Assembly: GCA_977862235.1 (NCBI GenBank) | Contig: OZ374560.1 | Coordinates: 1,860,001 to 1,924,000 of the forward strand | DNA length: 64,000 bases | Reading direction: 5' to 3' | Source: Dudresnaya verticillata | Lineage: Eukaryota | Part shown: positions 12,113 through 23,654 of the stretch, one piece after another | Layout of the letters: every line of letters starts with the position of its first letter | Position numbering within the stretch: the first letter of the stretch is position 1 | Made by a program: the position numbers and the translations under genes | Notes under the pieces: model-generated | Databases searched by the model: none | Told to the model about the DNA's origin: nothing | The model's input: only the letters and a program-made list of their open reading frames with translations

Positions 12113-12520
12113 TGCGCGCAGTTGGGCGGAAGCGAGGCTGGGAAAACAAAAATTTAAGTGCTGCAGTACTCTAAACGTTGCAGTGTGACCTGTATCGAAC
12201 TAACGAGTTTTTCTGCATGTTACGGCAGCGTATGTTGTGCTGCAGCAGCTTATACTGCGCGGTGAGGGGCCGATAGAAGCAGCCTAGGTTACCTCAAAAT
12301 CCGAGTTAAAAACTCTCAGAAATTACAGCAAAATTAATTATTTCAGACTCGCTGCCGGGTTAGCACACAAACCGACATAACTCGCGAACTCCTGCTTAGT
12401 TTTCTATTCCGTTTGCACCGGCGTGTTCAGGGGATGCACCCCTTTCCAAAACATGTACTTTTGAAGGATTTTATTTCAACCTGTTTCTGAAAGTACATTC
12501 TGAAACGCGGGAAACCAGTG
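12113..12520. mobile_element. CACTG-terminated element right end, copy 2
   Basis: Diverged direct repeat of about 4225-4618 ending GAAACCAGTG; abuts an LTR D copy that lacks its first ~30 bp. Confidence 0.65.
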
Positions 12521-12522
12521 TC

Positions 12523-13331
12523 TCTAGCGTGGCTGGTCTCGCCGTCGCACCCAGACCCGTGGAAGGGTGGTAGCGGTAGGTGGTAGAGCGGTGGTGTCGG
12601 CCGCGCACGCCGTCGACGGCCGCGGATCAACGGCGTCGAAGCCTGAGCGCACGCGGGGCGGACCGTACGCGGGCGGCAGCGGCCGGATCCCTGCGTCCCC
12701 GTCGTGGGGCGGCGCGAAGCCGACGGTGGGGAAAGGAAAGCCTAGGCGGCTAGGGAAAGAGGGAAGCCGTAGGGCGAAAGACAAGGGAAAGAAACCCAAA
12801 GCAGAAAGGGGCAAGCCTGGCGTAGGTTGGCTTGCCTTTGTTTACTCAAGCCCAGAGGGGCGACTACCAAATAGACTACAGGGCCTGCGGCGGCACCACC
12901 GCGGGAGGTGCCCCGCCCGGACAGGCGTCGACGCGTGCGAGTAACGGTAACCCGGGGCGCGCACGGGCGAAACGGACCACACGTACTCAACGGCTCGACG
13001 CCGGAGTGTGCGCGCGCGTGTCACGCACTCAACGGCTCTGCGCCGGAGTGCGTGCGCGCGGCGCGTGCGACAGCGAGGCGTTCGACCGCCGCTTACACTA
13101 GACGGTATAGTACACTACACACAAAAACAAATGTAGAAATTGCACGAGAGTGTCAGTGTCACACGTGTACGCGTGGGCGCCACAGCGCACTGACTTACAG
13201 CGCCAGCGGGGCTTCGGCGTCACCGGCTGACAGCGTGCGCGCAGGGTGGCTGGCCTTACAGCCGCGTAGGCGGCGCGGCTGGTCTTACAGCTGCGCATGC
13301 TTGGCACCGCTGGTCTTACAGCTATGCCACA
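12523..13331 (-). mobile_element. LTR family D, left-truncated by the CACTG element, inserted in the Copia integrase
   Basis: Homologous to 59285-60195 and to the reverse complement of 26622-27561; ends TATGCCACA at 13331. Confidence 0.85.
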
Positions 13332-14538
13332 GTTTGGAACTAACAGGGTTGGTGAGTCCTTTGGCCAACTCGAATGCAGACATAGTGTCGTTTCCATAAA
13401 GGTCGTTAGAGATAGACATAGCCTTGTACGCAGCAAGTGTGGAATTAAAGTTTGATCCGGCATCTGATTTCAGGCGTATGAATATGCTGCGGATAATATT
13501 GTGCTTTGACTCTATGGCATTCTTGGAATGCCGGCCAGGTGCGACTGGATGAATTGCAATTTCTAGGTTGCCTATGTACATCTTGAATAATCCGATCTGA
13601 AATGCTTTGTCTGCACGGATGTTGTCAGGGTACCAGAACTGGGACACCCAGTTAGCTTCAAAAGCGATTACAGCTTCCTGCAGAATTGTCAAAGTAACCA
13701 CTAGCGCACTTGAGCATCTTGTGACTAGGTCCATGAAGTGCATAAGAAGAATTTCTTCTACATATAAATGGCCAATGCACACGATTTCGTTGAAGGATTT
13801 TGAAAGAGAGCTAATCGATACCTTACAACTCGGTGACGGGACCGAGGTAGAGCGGAAGGCAGTGCATTCATTGACAGCTTGTGTAAGATAAGGTGCAACG
13901 ACATCGTTCCACAACTTGTTCCTTTCCAGAAGGTGCTTGTAATCCGTAAAGGAAGCATGACGACATACATGTTTGTGGGTCTTGTCCACAATCTTCTTCA
14001 TGTCTCTCCATGGTGCTGTGCCGAGTGATATAGCAGACATGCAAGAAAGGGTTGAACTCCGATTGACTCTCGATGGTTTGAAGCGATCAAGAGGTACATA
14101 ACTTAGAAAGTTGCGGTTGATAATCGATATGTATTCGCGTTCACCACCAATAATAAACACAAGAACATTTCTGTCAAGGTGCTCTATGTTAGCCTTACGG
14201 GTTACATTTCGGCAAATAATCCATTGAGAAGAACCATCCAGGACAAGGTGAGTGATCCGAATAGGCGTACCTTGATCAGATACTGCAGTTAATATAATAG
14301 AACCCAATATACGACGTGCAGGGTTGAAGTGCTTATCGCAGCCATGCTGCCAGTGCGTTTGGCCTCCCAGTGCTTCTAGAATGGGATCTAAGCTCGGGTT
14401 GGAAGGTAACCCGAAACGTTCTCCGATTAGATTCAGTTCGGCAAGTCTAAGAGCGCAGTATGGTGCTCCGTCATCTAGCAGGGGTCCATGTCCAGATAAA
14501 TGTCTTCTAGTAGAAGAGGAGCCAGTAAAAGTAGCCAT
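13332..14538 (-). pseudogene. Copia protease + integrase
   Basis: LLDDGAPYC aspartic-protease motif, HKHVCRH...C zinc finger remnant, and integrase core (FMDLVTR...WVSQFWYPDNIRAD...KNAIESKH). Confidence 0.8.
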
Positions 14539-14967
14539 ATTGATCGCGATTGATTTCGGCCAAGTCGCTTCTTTCGTGTCTTCAGAAGAGCGTGTCGTAG
14601 GTGTACGATTGTTATAACTTGAGCCAGACTTATTTCAGGATCGGGGGGTGTCGTAAGACTTCACATATGGCGGTAATGAACCGTCCGAATTATGGTTACG
14701 CTTGCAGTGACCATACGTCCCGCGTTAAACGCGGGAAGCATGACATACTTTGTCACAGGGGAACTTCATTGTAGGGGATATCCCATTGTTGCGACCCATC
14801 ACGACTATGGTTTCGAAATCGGCTAGTACCAACACTGCTAGCCGCTACCACATCATTGCCGTAAGTCACTTCCGTTGTCTTGTCGCATTGCTTGATTACG
14901 GATGCTACCGATTGGTATGTGATGAAACTCAGGAACTTGTCATTAGTGGACTGAGAGGTGAGATTCT

Positions 14968-15698
14968 TGTGGTACAACGGGCGTGGACGCCCTGTAAGGA
15001 GACACGTGGACATGCCTCCTCTGTAAGGAATGGCAGCCGCATAACCGCCTGAGTGATATGGTTGTACGCCATCGGTTGATTAATTTCCGAAGCGCCACTG
15101 CGCTGTAAGGCCACACGTGTACAGATTTAATATGTAAGGCGGGAGCCTCCTGTGATATGGTACTACGCCATTGGGGGATTAACGAAAACCGCCCGCATCG
15201 CGCCATGCGCACGGTTGGCGGATGTTTGTACCGCGGCGCCTGACAGTGACGCCGCGCTCGCCTCCTGGCCTGACCACTCATTCCTATCTAAGGACATATC
15301 ATAACTGTTATTATACAGTATTAGCTAAGTATTAGCATTAGAGTTCTAACTGAGCGAGTAGCACCTTTTCGGCTCTCGCCGTATTTATGGGGCCCCTGAG
15401 TAGCAGGGGCCCGGCACTAAACCGGCAGCGGTCTGTGCCTTGTGGTTTCCCCTTTTTGGATACTCACGGTGCTACCGCTACAAACCCCCTTTGCGCGTCT
15501 ACAAACCCCGTCGTCTACGACGAACTGCTCTACACGGCTGGGTTCACATTCCTTTTCCCCCTCTTCCTAGGGCTTTAAGCCCTATCAAGTCTCTACCAAA
15601 CCCCTTTATCGAGCTACCATCTACGCAGTGGAGCATCTTATAAGACAGCTCTCTTGTTGTGTTGTTGTCCTCTTTGACTTAGAAGTCATTATACTACA
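14968..15698 (+). mobile_element. LTR family H inserted in Copia gag
   Basis: TGTGGTAC...ATACTACA; homologous to the reverse complement of 57314-58034. Confidence 0.85.
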
Positions 15699-15979
15699 AC
15701 AAGTCGCACCGCCTTCGGCGGGGGCGGCGCTGCGCGCCGCTAGACAGCGCCTTCGGCGCGGGACGGCTTTCGGCGGGGCGGCGCTGCGCGGCGCTAGACC
15801 CCGCGCCTTCGGCGCGGGACGGCACTGAGTGCTGGTATGGTAATCCCCGCGCCGAAGGCAGGCGCGAGGTGTAACGCCGGTCGGGCGCACACAAAAGTAA
15901 AGGACCAAATTAAGAAATCAGGCGCACAGCAAAGGTGTCGGCTGTAAGGAGCACCATCCCGCCAATCAATGGTGAGCTT

Positions 15980-16008
15980 TGCTGCTGCTGCTGCTGCTGC
16001 TGCTGCTG
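15980..16008. repeat. (CTG/CAG)9 microsatellite
   Basis: Read directly. Confidence 0.9.
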
Positions 16009-16599
16009 ATTTTTTTCATTGGCGCTGCGGCCGTGTATTTTAGATATAATTTCGGATGCGTAGAAACTATTGTGGCGCCAAGTGGATTTGTTGGCGCATC
16101 GATATAGAATTTTGATTATTTTTCGAGACCTGGCCGGGCTAATACTACCCTTTGGGCGGTCATATCCATACAAATTCTTACTATAAGGTAAATTATCATC
16201 AGAAGGTCCCGCGGCTTACATTACAGATACTCGCTGCGAGTCACCTATGGCCGCGTTTGACAACAGGATTAGTGCCGTGATGCATTCAGGTAGCTTGGTC
16301 GTTTTCGAGATGGAGTTCAACTTGGCCACTTGCGCTGAAAAGCGGCATTCAAAGTTCTTCATAGTCTCGTTAGTGCTGCGACGAGTTTTCCAAAGATGAT
16401 TAAAGCCACGATGGGCATCACCAACAACAGATAAAGCATCCGTCTGGTAGATTTTTCCCACAAATACGTTGACGGCATTGTCTTCTGTCAATTTCCTGTC
16501 CATGATTCCCGAACAGAGATCCTTTGCTATCCCATAAAGCTGTGAGTTGAGACAGACAGCTTGTAATGCCTTCGGAATCTTGATATTATTAGAGTTTGG

Positions 16600-17280
16600 T
16601 GTAGTAGTATGGCGCGAAGAGCCTGTAGTCCGCTAAAAGACAAGGACAGCTGTCCCGTGCGTGCACCCTAATGAGGGTAGCTCAAAATGGGGAGTTGTTA
16701 GAAACTTCAGGGAAAGGGAAAAAGGCAAGCGTGCCTGAAAGAGAGGGAAAGAAGGCGGCGCCACCCTAACACTCCTAGAGTACACAGCCGTACGAGGATG
16801 AAGTTTGTAAAACACCTGGAAGAGGAGTACGGTGAGCCCGTGTACATCAAAGAAAGGGTACAGACCCGAAACCCACCGTAGGGTTCTATCCAGCAGACCT
16901 CTGCTAGTCAGGGGTGCAATGAATATGGAGAAGGCCGAAAGCGCCTTCGCCGCTATTCCTATTCTAAGCTATCGTAGTTAGCGTTAATAATAAAAATGAG
17001 GTAGTGAACGGTCGTAGTCCGCCTTGCGCACGTAAGGTGCTCATGATTCGGGCGCTCTCCTGCGCGGAAGGCCATGTAAATCAGCCAATCACGGCCAGCC
17101 ATCTCATTGGCGTCGTGCTGTTCCCAGCAATGCCATACAGAGTGGCCAGCAATGCATTGAGCCTTACAGCACACCAGCATGGACGAAGCATTACAGGCGT
17201 GCCACCCGCAATACTACCCGCGCATTACAGGCGCACAACATGTGTAGTGCTTACAGCCCATGGCGTCTAATTGTACCACA
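16600..17280 (-). mobile_element. LTR family I inserted in Copia gag
   Basis: TGTAGTAG...GTACCACA termini, with gag reading on both sides; no clean TSD seen. Confidence 0.7.
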
Positions 17281-17437
17281 CATCTGGCAACGTATTATGG
17301 AACGTTTGCCAGAGCTTCACCGCGTCTCGGTATTCGGATTGGTCTCCTGTTCCGTCCGTCCATGGCGGAGACTTAGAATCCCAGGAGAATCTGGGCCGAG
17401 AGGGTATACGGTTGCTTGAATCTGGGCCCATAACTAA

Positions 17438-17616
17438 TGATAGTCTGGTTTACTGATGTGCAGGGTCGAGCAGGTTGAAAGATGTGCTGAGTAGAGCGGG
17501 TCGAAGGATGTGCAACTATCGTGCAGTCTTGTGTAGATCGTCGTACAAATTGGTTGCCTTTTTTATCAAGTCACATCTGCCGATTAGGTAGCTAGTATAT
17601 ACTACCTCTACTATCA
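17438..17616 (-). repeat. Copia 5' LTR (179 bp)
   Basis: 7-bp perfect inverted termini with an adjacent PBS at 17424-17437. Confidence 0.8.
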
Positions 17617-18749
17617 ACTAAAGTCAAAGCAGTTAACTTAGTTGTATTCTTCTACAGTTGGAATCAGCATAGAATATCCACGCAATAGAGAAATTACGCA
17701 ACAACGAAACTCGTTATTTCTCGAATGTGACGCAGAAGCGGTGGGCAGATACTGAGTCGCGAAATGTGATTGTAAAAGGACTTTACGCAAATCGGAAATT
17801 ATGTCGACAGCACTACTGCTCATCCTTCCTGGACCAGACCTCGGACCTCAGACACATATCCCTGCACCTTGGCGACATACAACATGCGCCAGGCCGACTA
17901 CGCGATCGGGAAGGCAAGCTGCCGTGTCAGGCGCTGCGAGGCCATACTGCGTTTTTCTATGCAGAGCCCAGACGTCGCCCTTCAATTGCGCTGTGTCCGA
18001 CGCTTGTGGTACGCACTCAGCGACGTCATCCTTATCCAACGTCACTCCCTGTCCATAACCATCCACAAGTTCAACCTTAACGCATTTGGCGACGAAGAGT
18101 GCTTGCGGAACTTCCGGTTCAAGCGGGAGGAGCTCCCGCAGATAGTAGAGCTCTGTGCGTGGAAGCCCGGAATAACAAAACGCAATCGCTACGCCTGCTC
18201 ACCAATGACTGCAGTTTGTGTTATGCTTAACCGTCTAGCATCACCCAGCCGATGGTATGACTTGGAGCACATGTTTGGCATGAGAGCCTCGGCCCTCTCT
18301 GAGGTGTTTTGAGAGATTCTCAAGTCGGCTCGGGAGAGGCAGCGGAGGACCTAGGCGTTGATGCAGTGGGCTGCGCCCCGCAGCCATCTTCTTCTTGCTC
18401 CTCAATTGCCATTTCGGTGGCTGGAGTTTTGATGCTTGGCGTTGGTTGAGGCGGGTTTGGCGCTGCAGTCCAAGCCCTGAAAATCTCTAAGTCTGCCTCG
18501 ACGCAGATCTCGACGCCCCCTCTCATGCTTGAAAATTTTGCATTCGTTATATCCGCGGAATAGCATATATTTCAGAAGGCACCAGACGCAAATCTCGTTA
18601 TTCGAGGACAGCTGTTCTGAACCCTCGCCAACCTTGATTGATTTATCGAGTTTCGTTATTGCGTAATATCTCTAATGGCGATATCATGTCACAGTTGGAA
18701 TTAGCAGAAAATATCCATGCAATGACGATATCATGTCGATATAGGTCCC
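17617..18749 (+). mobile_element. Internally deleted PIF/Harbinger-like DNA transposon (right part)
   Basis: Transposase N-terminal fragment, a 28-bp subterminal inverted repeat (17686-17713 / 18647-18674, 26/28) and a probable right end ...ATAGGTCCC at 18749. Confidence 0.65.
17869..18312 (+). pseudogene. Harbinger (HARBI1-like) transposase N-terminal/HTH fragment; DDE core missing
   Basis: ECLRNFRFKREEL...RLASPSRWYDLEHMFGMRASALSEVF, typical of the HTH region preceding DDE_Tnp_4. Confidence 0.7.
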
Positions 18750-19252
18750 ATATATGACAGCCGAGCTGTTGCAGAAGCTCTTGTCGTTGTTGTACTTCAC
18801 CTTGTCTTCTCTAGTCCGAGCTTCTCCAGTTGGTCCTTATCTACTTCAAAGAGTGCGTGAAGGCAAGTGCTCAAAGTATTCTAAATCAAACAGCTACAAT
18901 TGCAGGCGCACAACATACAAATCTAAACGTACTTCAAGCTAATAATAACAGTCTAGCTATTCTGATGAACGTCCTCCATGCTACAGGTCTCAGTCTAGCA
19001 CCTCTGAGAAACGTTCTACAAGCCATAGATAGCAGTCCAGTACGTCGCGGTAGTAGCTCTGAACAGAATCAAGCAGTTCTGTGCAACACCACGTTGTACA
19101 AGCTAGAGATAACAGTCCAGTGAATCTGTTAGTTGGTTAGTAACAGATACCAACAGAAGCCAGCAGCTCTGTGTAACACCTGGCCTCACTTGGAACTTTC
19201 TTTTTGGAGTGCATCGTATTCCAAAACTATCATCGTTGGCAAGTCGCTTGCC

Positions 19253-22200
19253 TTAATCCATTCCTTCTTTGGTGAACATGCAAGACGAACTTGTAAGTAC
19301 CGAACGCAAGTAGTGTCGGGTACGCGATGCCACAATGCTGCGAACGAGACGCCTTGAATCGGGGAATACACCGTCAAGTGGGTCACCCGTTTCTTCTATA
19401 TTCTCGTCAAAGGCACACAGTCGGCTCACGTGAACCCGAGCAGATTCCTGACCCCTTTCTGCTTTGAACATGTAGGCGATGCTGGATAGAACTTCAGTCA
19501 CGCGGTAGGGTCCAAGCCAGGGGCGTTCAAAGCTTACGCCCTTCTCTTTGTAGAGCTGCGGATCGTACACCATCACTCGGACACCAACGAAAAATTCTTG
19601 TGCGTCGACCAACTTGTCGTACTGCCGCGCAGCTTGCATTCTCGCTCCTGTGGCTTTGCCAAGAAGGTTTTTGTGAATCTCAGATAAGTGTTGAGCTAGC
19701 CCAGCTCCAGAGGGTAGCTCTTCATCAATTGTCACTCTTCGGCCCAGTGATGCATCCACATCAAACACCTCAATGCCAAATACTGCTTTGTATGGGGTTA
19801 TTCCTGTATCCTCATTAACAGATGTGTTGTACCGAAAACACGCCCTAGCGAGATTCGTGTCCCAATCTCCATCGGTTGCTGAGACATAGGCACGAATGTC
19901 ACGCATCAGAGTTCTATTAAAACACTCGACGAAACCATCTGTCTGCGGGTGGTAAGGACTTGTAAACACGTTACGTGTTCCAAAAGCCTTGTACATATTC
20001 CCAATGATCTCATTCAAGAATCTCTTGCATCTGTTCGACAATAACCGCTCCGGAGGACCGAACCTTAGCACCCATTCATCGAGAATAATTCGTGCCAGGG
20101 TGTTCGCTTTCTCGTCTCTCACAGCAACAGCCCAGAAAAAGCGCGAAAACAGATCACCAATGACTACAACCTTGGAGTTATCGAGGGCAGACTCCGGAGA
20201 AACTTCCATCACGTCAACAGCAATAATCTGAAATCTGCGTAGCGGGTTCCAGGTCCTCATCTTTCCGTGACGATCTGGTTTGCTTAAACCTTGCACTCCA
20301 CAGTTTGCACATCGTCGTACGTGCTCGGTCACAGCAGTTCGCCAACCTTTCCACCAAAAGCGTGTTTTGATGCGATTTGCAGTACGAGCAACGCCGAAAT
20401 GACCGCACGTCCTGGACCCATGGCAATACTTGACGACGCTTGGAACTAAAACGGACGGTACCACGATGCGGAACAGTTCGTCATCAATGCGGCACAACAA
20501 GCCGTCCTCGTCTAAAATGTAGTGACCATGGACCTTAACATATTCATCAAGGTCTCCGAATTGTTTTGCTTGCTCGCTTCGTACTTCGTCGGCGGACGGA
20601 AGTTGTCTGGTTCCTTCTGATAACCACTTAATTTCTTCCTGGCATCGTACGCAGGTAGGTGCTCCGATTGCATATCTGCTTAGAGTGTCAGGGACAGCCA
20701 TAGTATGGCCTGGAGAGTATTGAATATCAAAGTCAAAGTCCTGAATCTGTATCATCCATCGAGCTAATCGTCCTTTAGGTTCTTGGAGCATCATTAACCA
20801 TGACAAAACTTGGTGATCTGTGACAACAGTAAACATAGGACCACCGTGAAGATAACGTCGCCATTTCTGGAGGGCGTGGACAACCGCGGCACATCTTTTC
20901 AGTTACAGTAAACCGGATCTCAGCGCCTTTAAACTTGCGGGATGTGAACGAAAGGGTCTCCACTGCCTGGAACGGTCCTGCTGAAGTAAGACTCCGCCGA
21001 TTCCATACTCTGAGACATAGGTCATCACCTTCTTTGGATACGCTGCGTTTGGGGAGGTAAGGGACTGGGGGGTTGACAGTTCATCTCGGAGATCTTCCCA
21101 GGCCGTCTGTTGCTCATTAGTCCAACGCTTGTGCCAATCTGGAATGTGCAGAACGTGCTTTCGGCTCTTTCGTTTTTTGTTCAAACCAGATCCAACCAAC
21201 AGATCGTAAAGGGGGCGCATACGGTCTGAAACGTTCGGCACAAAGTCCAAAAAGAATGCCACAACGCCAATGAAAGGTAACAGCTGTGTTCCGTTTTATG
21301 GGGCACGCAGGTTTCGAATTGCCTTAACATGCGTTTGAGATGGCAATAGACAGTCAGGTGTCACTTCATGACTCAGAATCTCAACGCGTCGCTTCCCAAA
21401 CGTGCATTTGGATAGACGGAGCTTCATTCCAGCGTCTTTCATTCGCTGTAAGACTTTATCCAACTCCACGATATGCGAAACAGCATCTTCGGTACCCACA
21501 CTTCCGTCGTCCATTAATGCCCAGACACTGTAACCTTTGAACTCTCGAAGCACATAGTTAACTATGCCTTGGAAACAACAGGGCTGTTCTTAAGGCCTAG
21601 GGGAAGACGGTTATACCAAAAAGGCCAAGAACTGTTCGAATGGCTGTGTAGATACGTGAAGACCTGTCCAGCTCGACCTGGAAGTAGCCATCTTTCAGAT
21701 CAAAGGTCGAAAATATTTTCTTTGAAGAAAGCCAGTCAATAGTTTCCTTCACACCCTCCGTGGGGTAACAGTCGGCAACTGTCATTGAGGTCAATTTGCG
21801 GAAGTCGGTGGTACAGTGAAGCGATCCATCTTTCTTGCGAACAAAAACGTTCGCAACAGCCCAAGGTGACTCTGCCTTCTCCAGGATGCATTTTGATTCC
21901 AGCTGCCTTACCATGTCGCGTTCGGCTTCTTGTTCCTTGGGAATCTTCTTCGTATTGGAACGGCAGCAGGAACAGCACCTTCCTTGAGCAAAATGCGGTG
22001 CTTGTAGCCTTATGCTTTGCCAAAGCCCTTGAAGATGTCCCGATGTGTAAACAGTGCAGCCCTTAACCGTTCTTGCATCTTCCGACTCGTGTGGAATTCG
22101 CCGAGGTCCATTTCAGCGATCACCTGATCCACATCACATTCCTCAGCTACGAGCCTGGTAGCCTCGGAGTCAGAAGCGCTGTTAAACCTTATTGCTCCTT

Positions 22201-23654
22201 CATACCACTGCTTGTTAACATAAATAATGCCGGTCATGTTGTGCAAGTCCAGACGATGAATCCAGACGATTGAATCCAAAAACGTCTACCGATGAGTACC
22301 GTACTAGGCAAAGCGCGCAGAACTTTCACAGGATAGTTGTTGAAGGTACACCCCCCATAGAGTGAAATTCATTGTGCCTGTCCCCACCACATCAAGTGGG
22401 TTTCCATCAACTCCATATGCTGTGGGAGGTCTAATGGTATTGACGGAACGACCGGGGCCACGGAAGAAACCCTCGTCAACACACATCGCGAAAGCACCTG
22501 AGTCGTGAACTGCTTCAACCATCGACGAATTTCCAATATCGATATCGACAACCAGGTCGGGTGGTGCATCCTCTTCCACTGCATCATCGTCGAAATGCTC
22601 AAATAAATCGTCGCAACTGCTGTGCTCGTTGCAAAGCTGAAGTTTGTCTGAAGTTATTTTTTCTCGGAGGTTGTTCCGTTCTTTAACGGCGCGGAACTCT
22701 CCCTGCTGCGTTTTGTTGATTTCCGTTCTCCTGATTTCGGTTCGAGTTCTTGGTAGTATCCTTAGCTGGCGGATCATCGACGCGGGGCGGTAGGTCGACA
22801 GCAGCTGTATCAGCTCCCAGCGTCTCCTGACGGTACTTAGGATGCATCTTACACGTCCAGCTCCTTGAGATGTGACCAGATTCATTGCATCTATAGCAAA
22901 CTACAGTAGAGGTAGAGCCAATAAGCGTATTGTGTGTAGCTGTAGGGATCGAAACCGGCTGTCGTGGTACTGAAGCTTTGCTCTCTAGACCCTCCTTAAC
23001 AGGCTTTACAGCCTCACCATGCCTATAGTTGCAAACAAGGGCAATATTTGAGAGTGCAGATACTAGATCGTCAAAATATCCGGAGATGCCATATGCATGA
23101 GGCTGAAGACGGTCGGGTAGACCTCTGATGAACGTGGCTTGTATCATATGATCATCATACGAGAGGGCAGAGCCAAGTTGCTGCAGCCGACTTGCAAACT
23201 CTTCCAACGTTTCTTTTCTGTTTAGCCAACTGCCTTGGAGAAACTCTGCATGCTTAGCTCTAATATGACATGTGTGTGAACACACACACATTGTGTTATA
23301 GAGCTTGTGTTCTAAAATTTCCCAGAGAGATATAGAAGAAACATCAGGATGTTCACAAACAACTTTGTTGGAGACAACCAATGCGGCACCCTGAAATGCT
23401 ATCATTACCATATCTTCCTTCATGTCATCTGAGAGACGAAACTTCTGGTGCAATCTTCTGAAGTTAGATAGAGCAGCTGGAAAGTTCGAATCTCCACGCG
23501 TCTCAACCTTGTTAAGGCTCATGGCCTTCTGCCAGATTTGTACACGAAATTTATCCGTAGTACCACAGTCCTGTGACGGCCGGCGCCATGTCCTATCAAT
23601 AAATTGCTTCAGTTCTCGCTCATTAACAGATTTAGGTTGTTCGGATGTAGGCAC
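19253..23654 (-). pseudogene. Gypsy B gag-pol, frameshifted
   Basis: Zinc knuckle CYRCNESGHISR; protease VHDSGA; RT (FSTFDLKDGYFQV, ALMDDGSV); RNase H (YGIGGVLLQ, FTVVTDHQ); integrase (HGSRTCGHFG...CANC, YHPQTDGFVE). Confidence 0.92.

Larger units (their letters stand above)
13332..17616 (-). mobile_element. Ty1/Copia-type LTR retrotransposon, 5' half, interrupted by several insertions
   Basis: 5' LTR 17438-17616 (TGATAGT...ACTATCA), then the Copia-type TTAGTTATGGGCCC primer-binding site (PBS). Gag pieces lie at 17281-17400 (PRFSWDSKSPPWTDG), about 16180-16599 and about 14540-14967. Protease directly precedes integrase. Confidence 0.8.

Noticed and set aside
14649..14967. LTR start at TGTCGTAAG after a G-run
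   Set aside because: The region translates as Copia gag; the homologous H copy fixes the LTR start at 14968.
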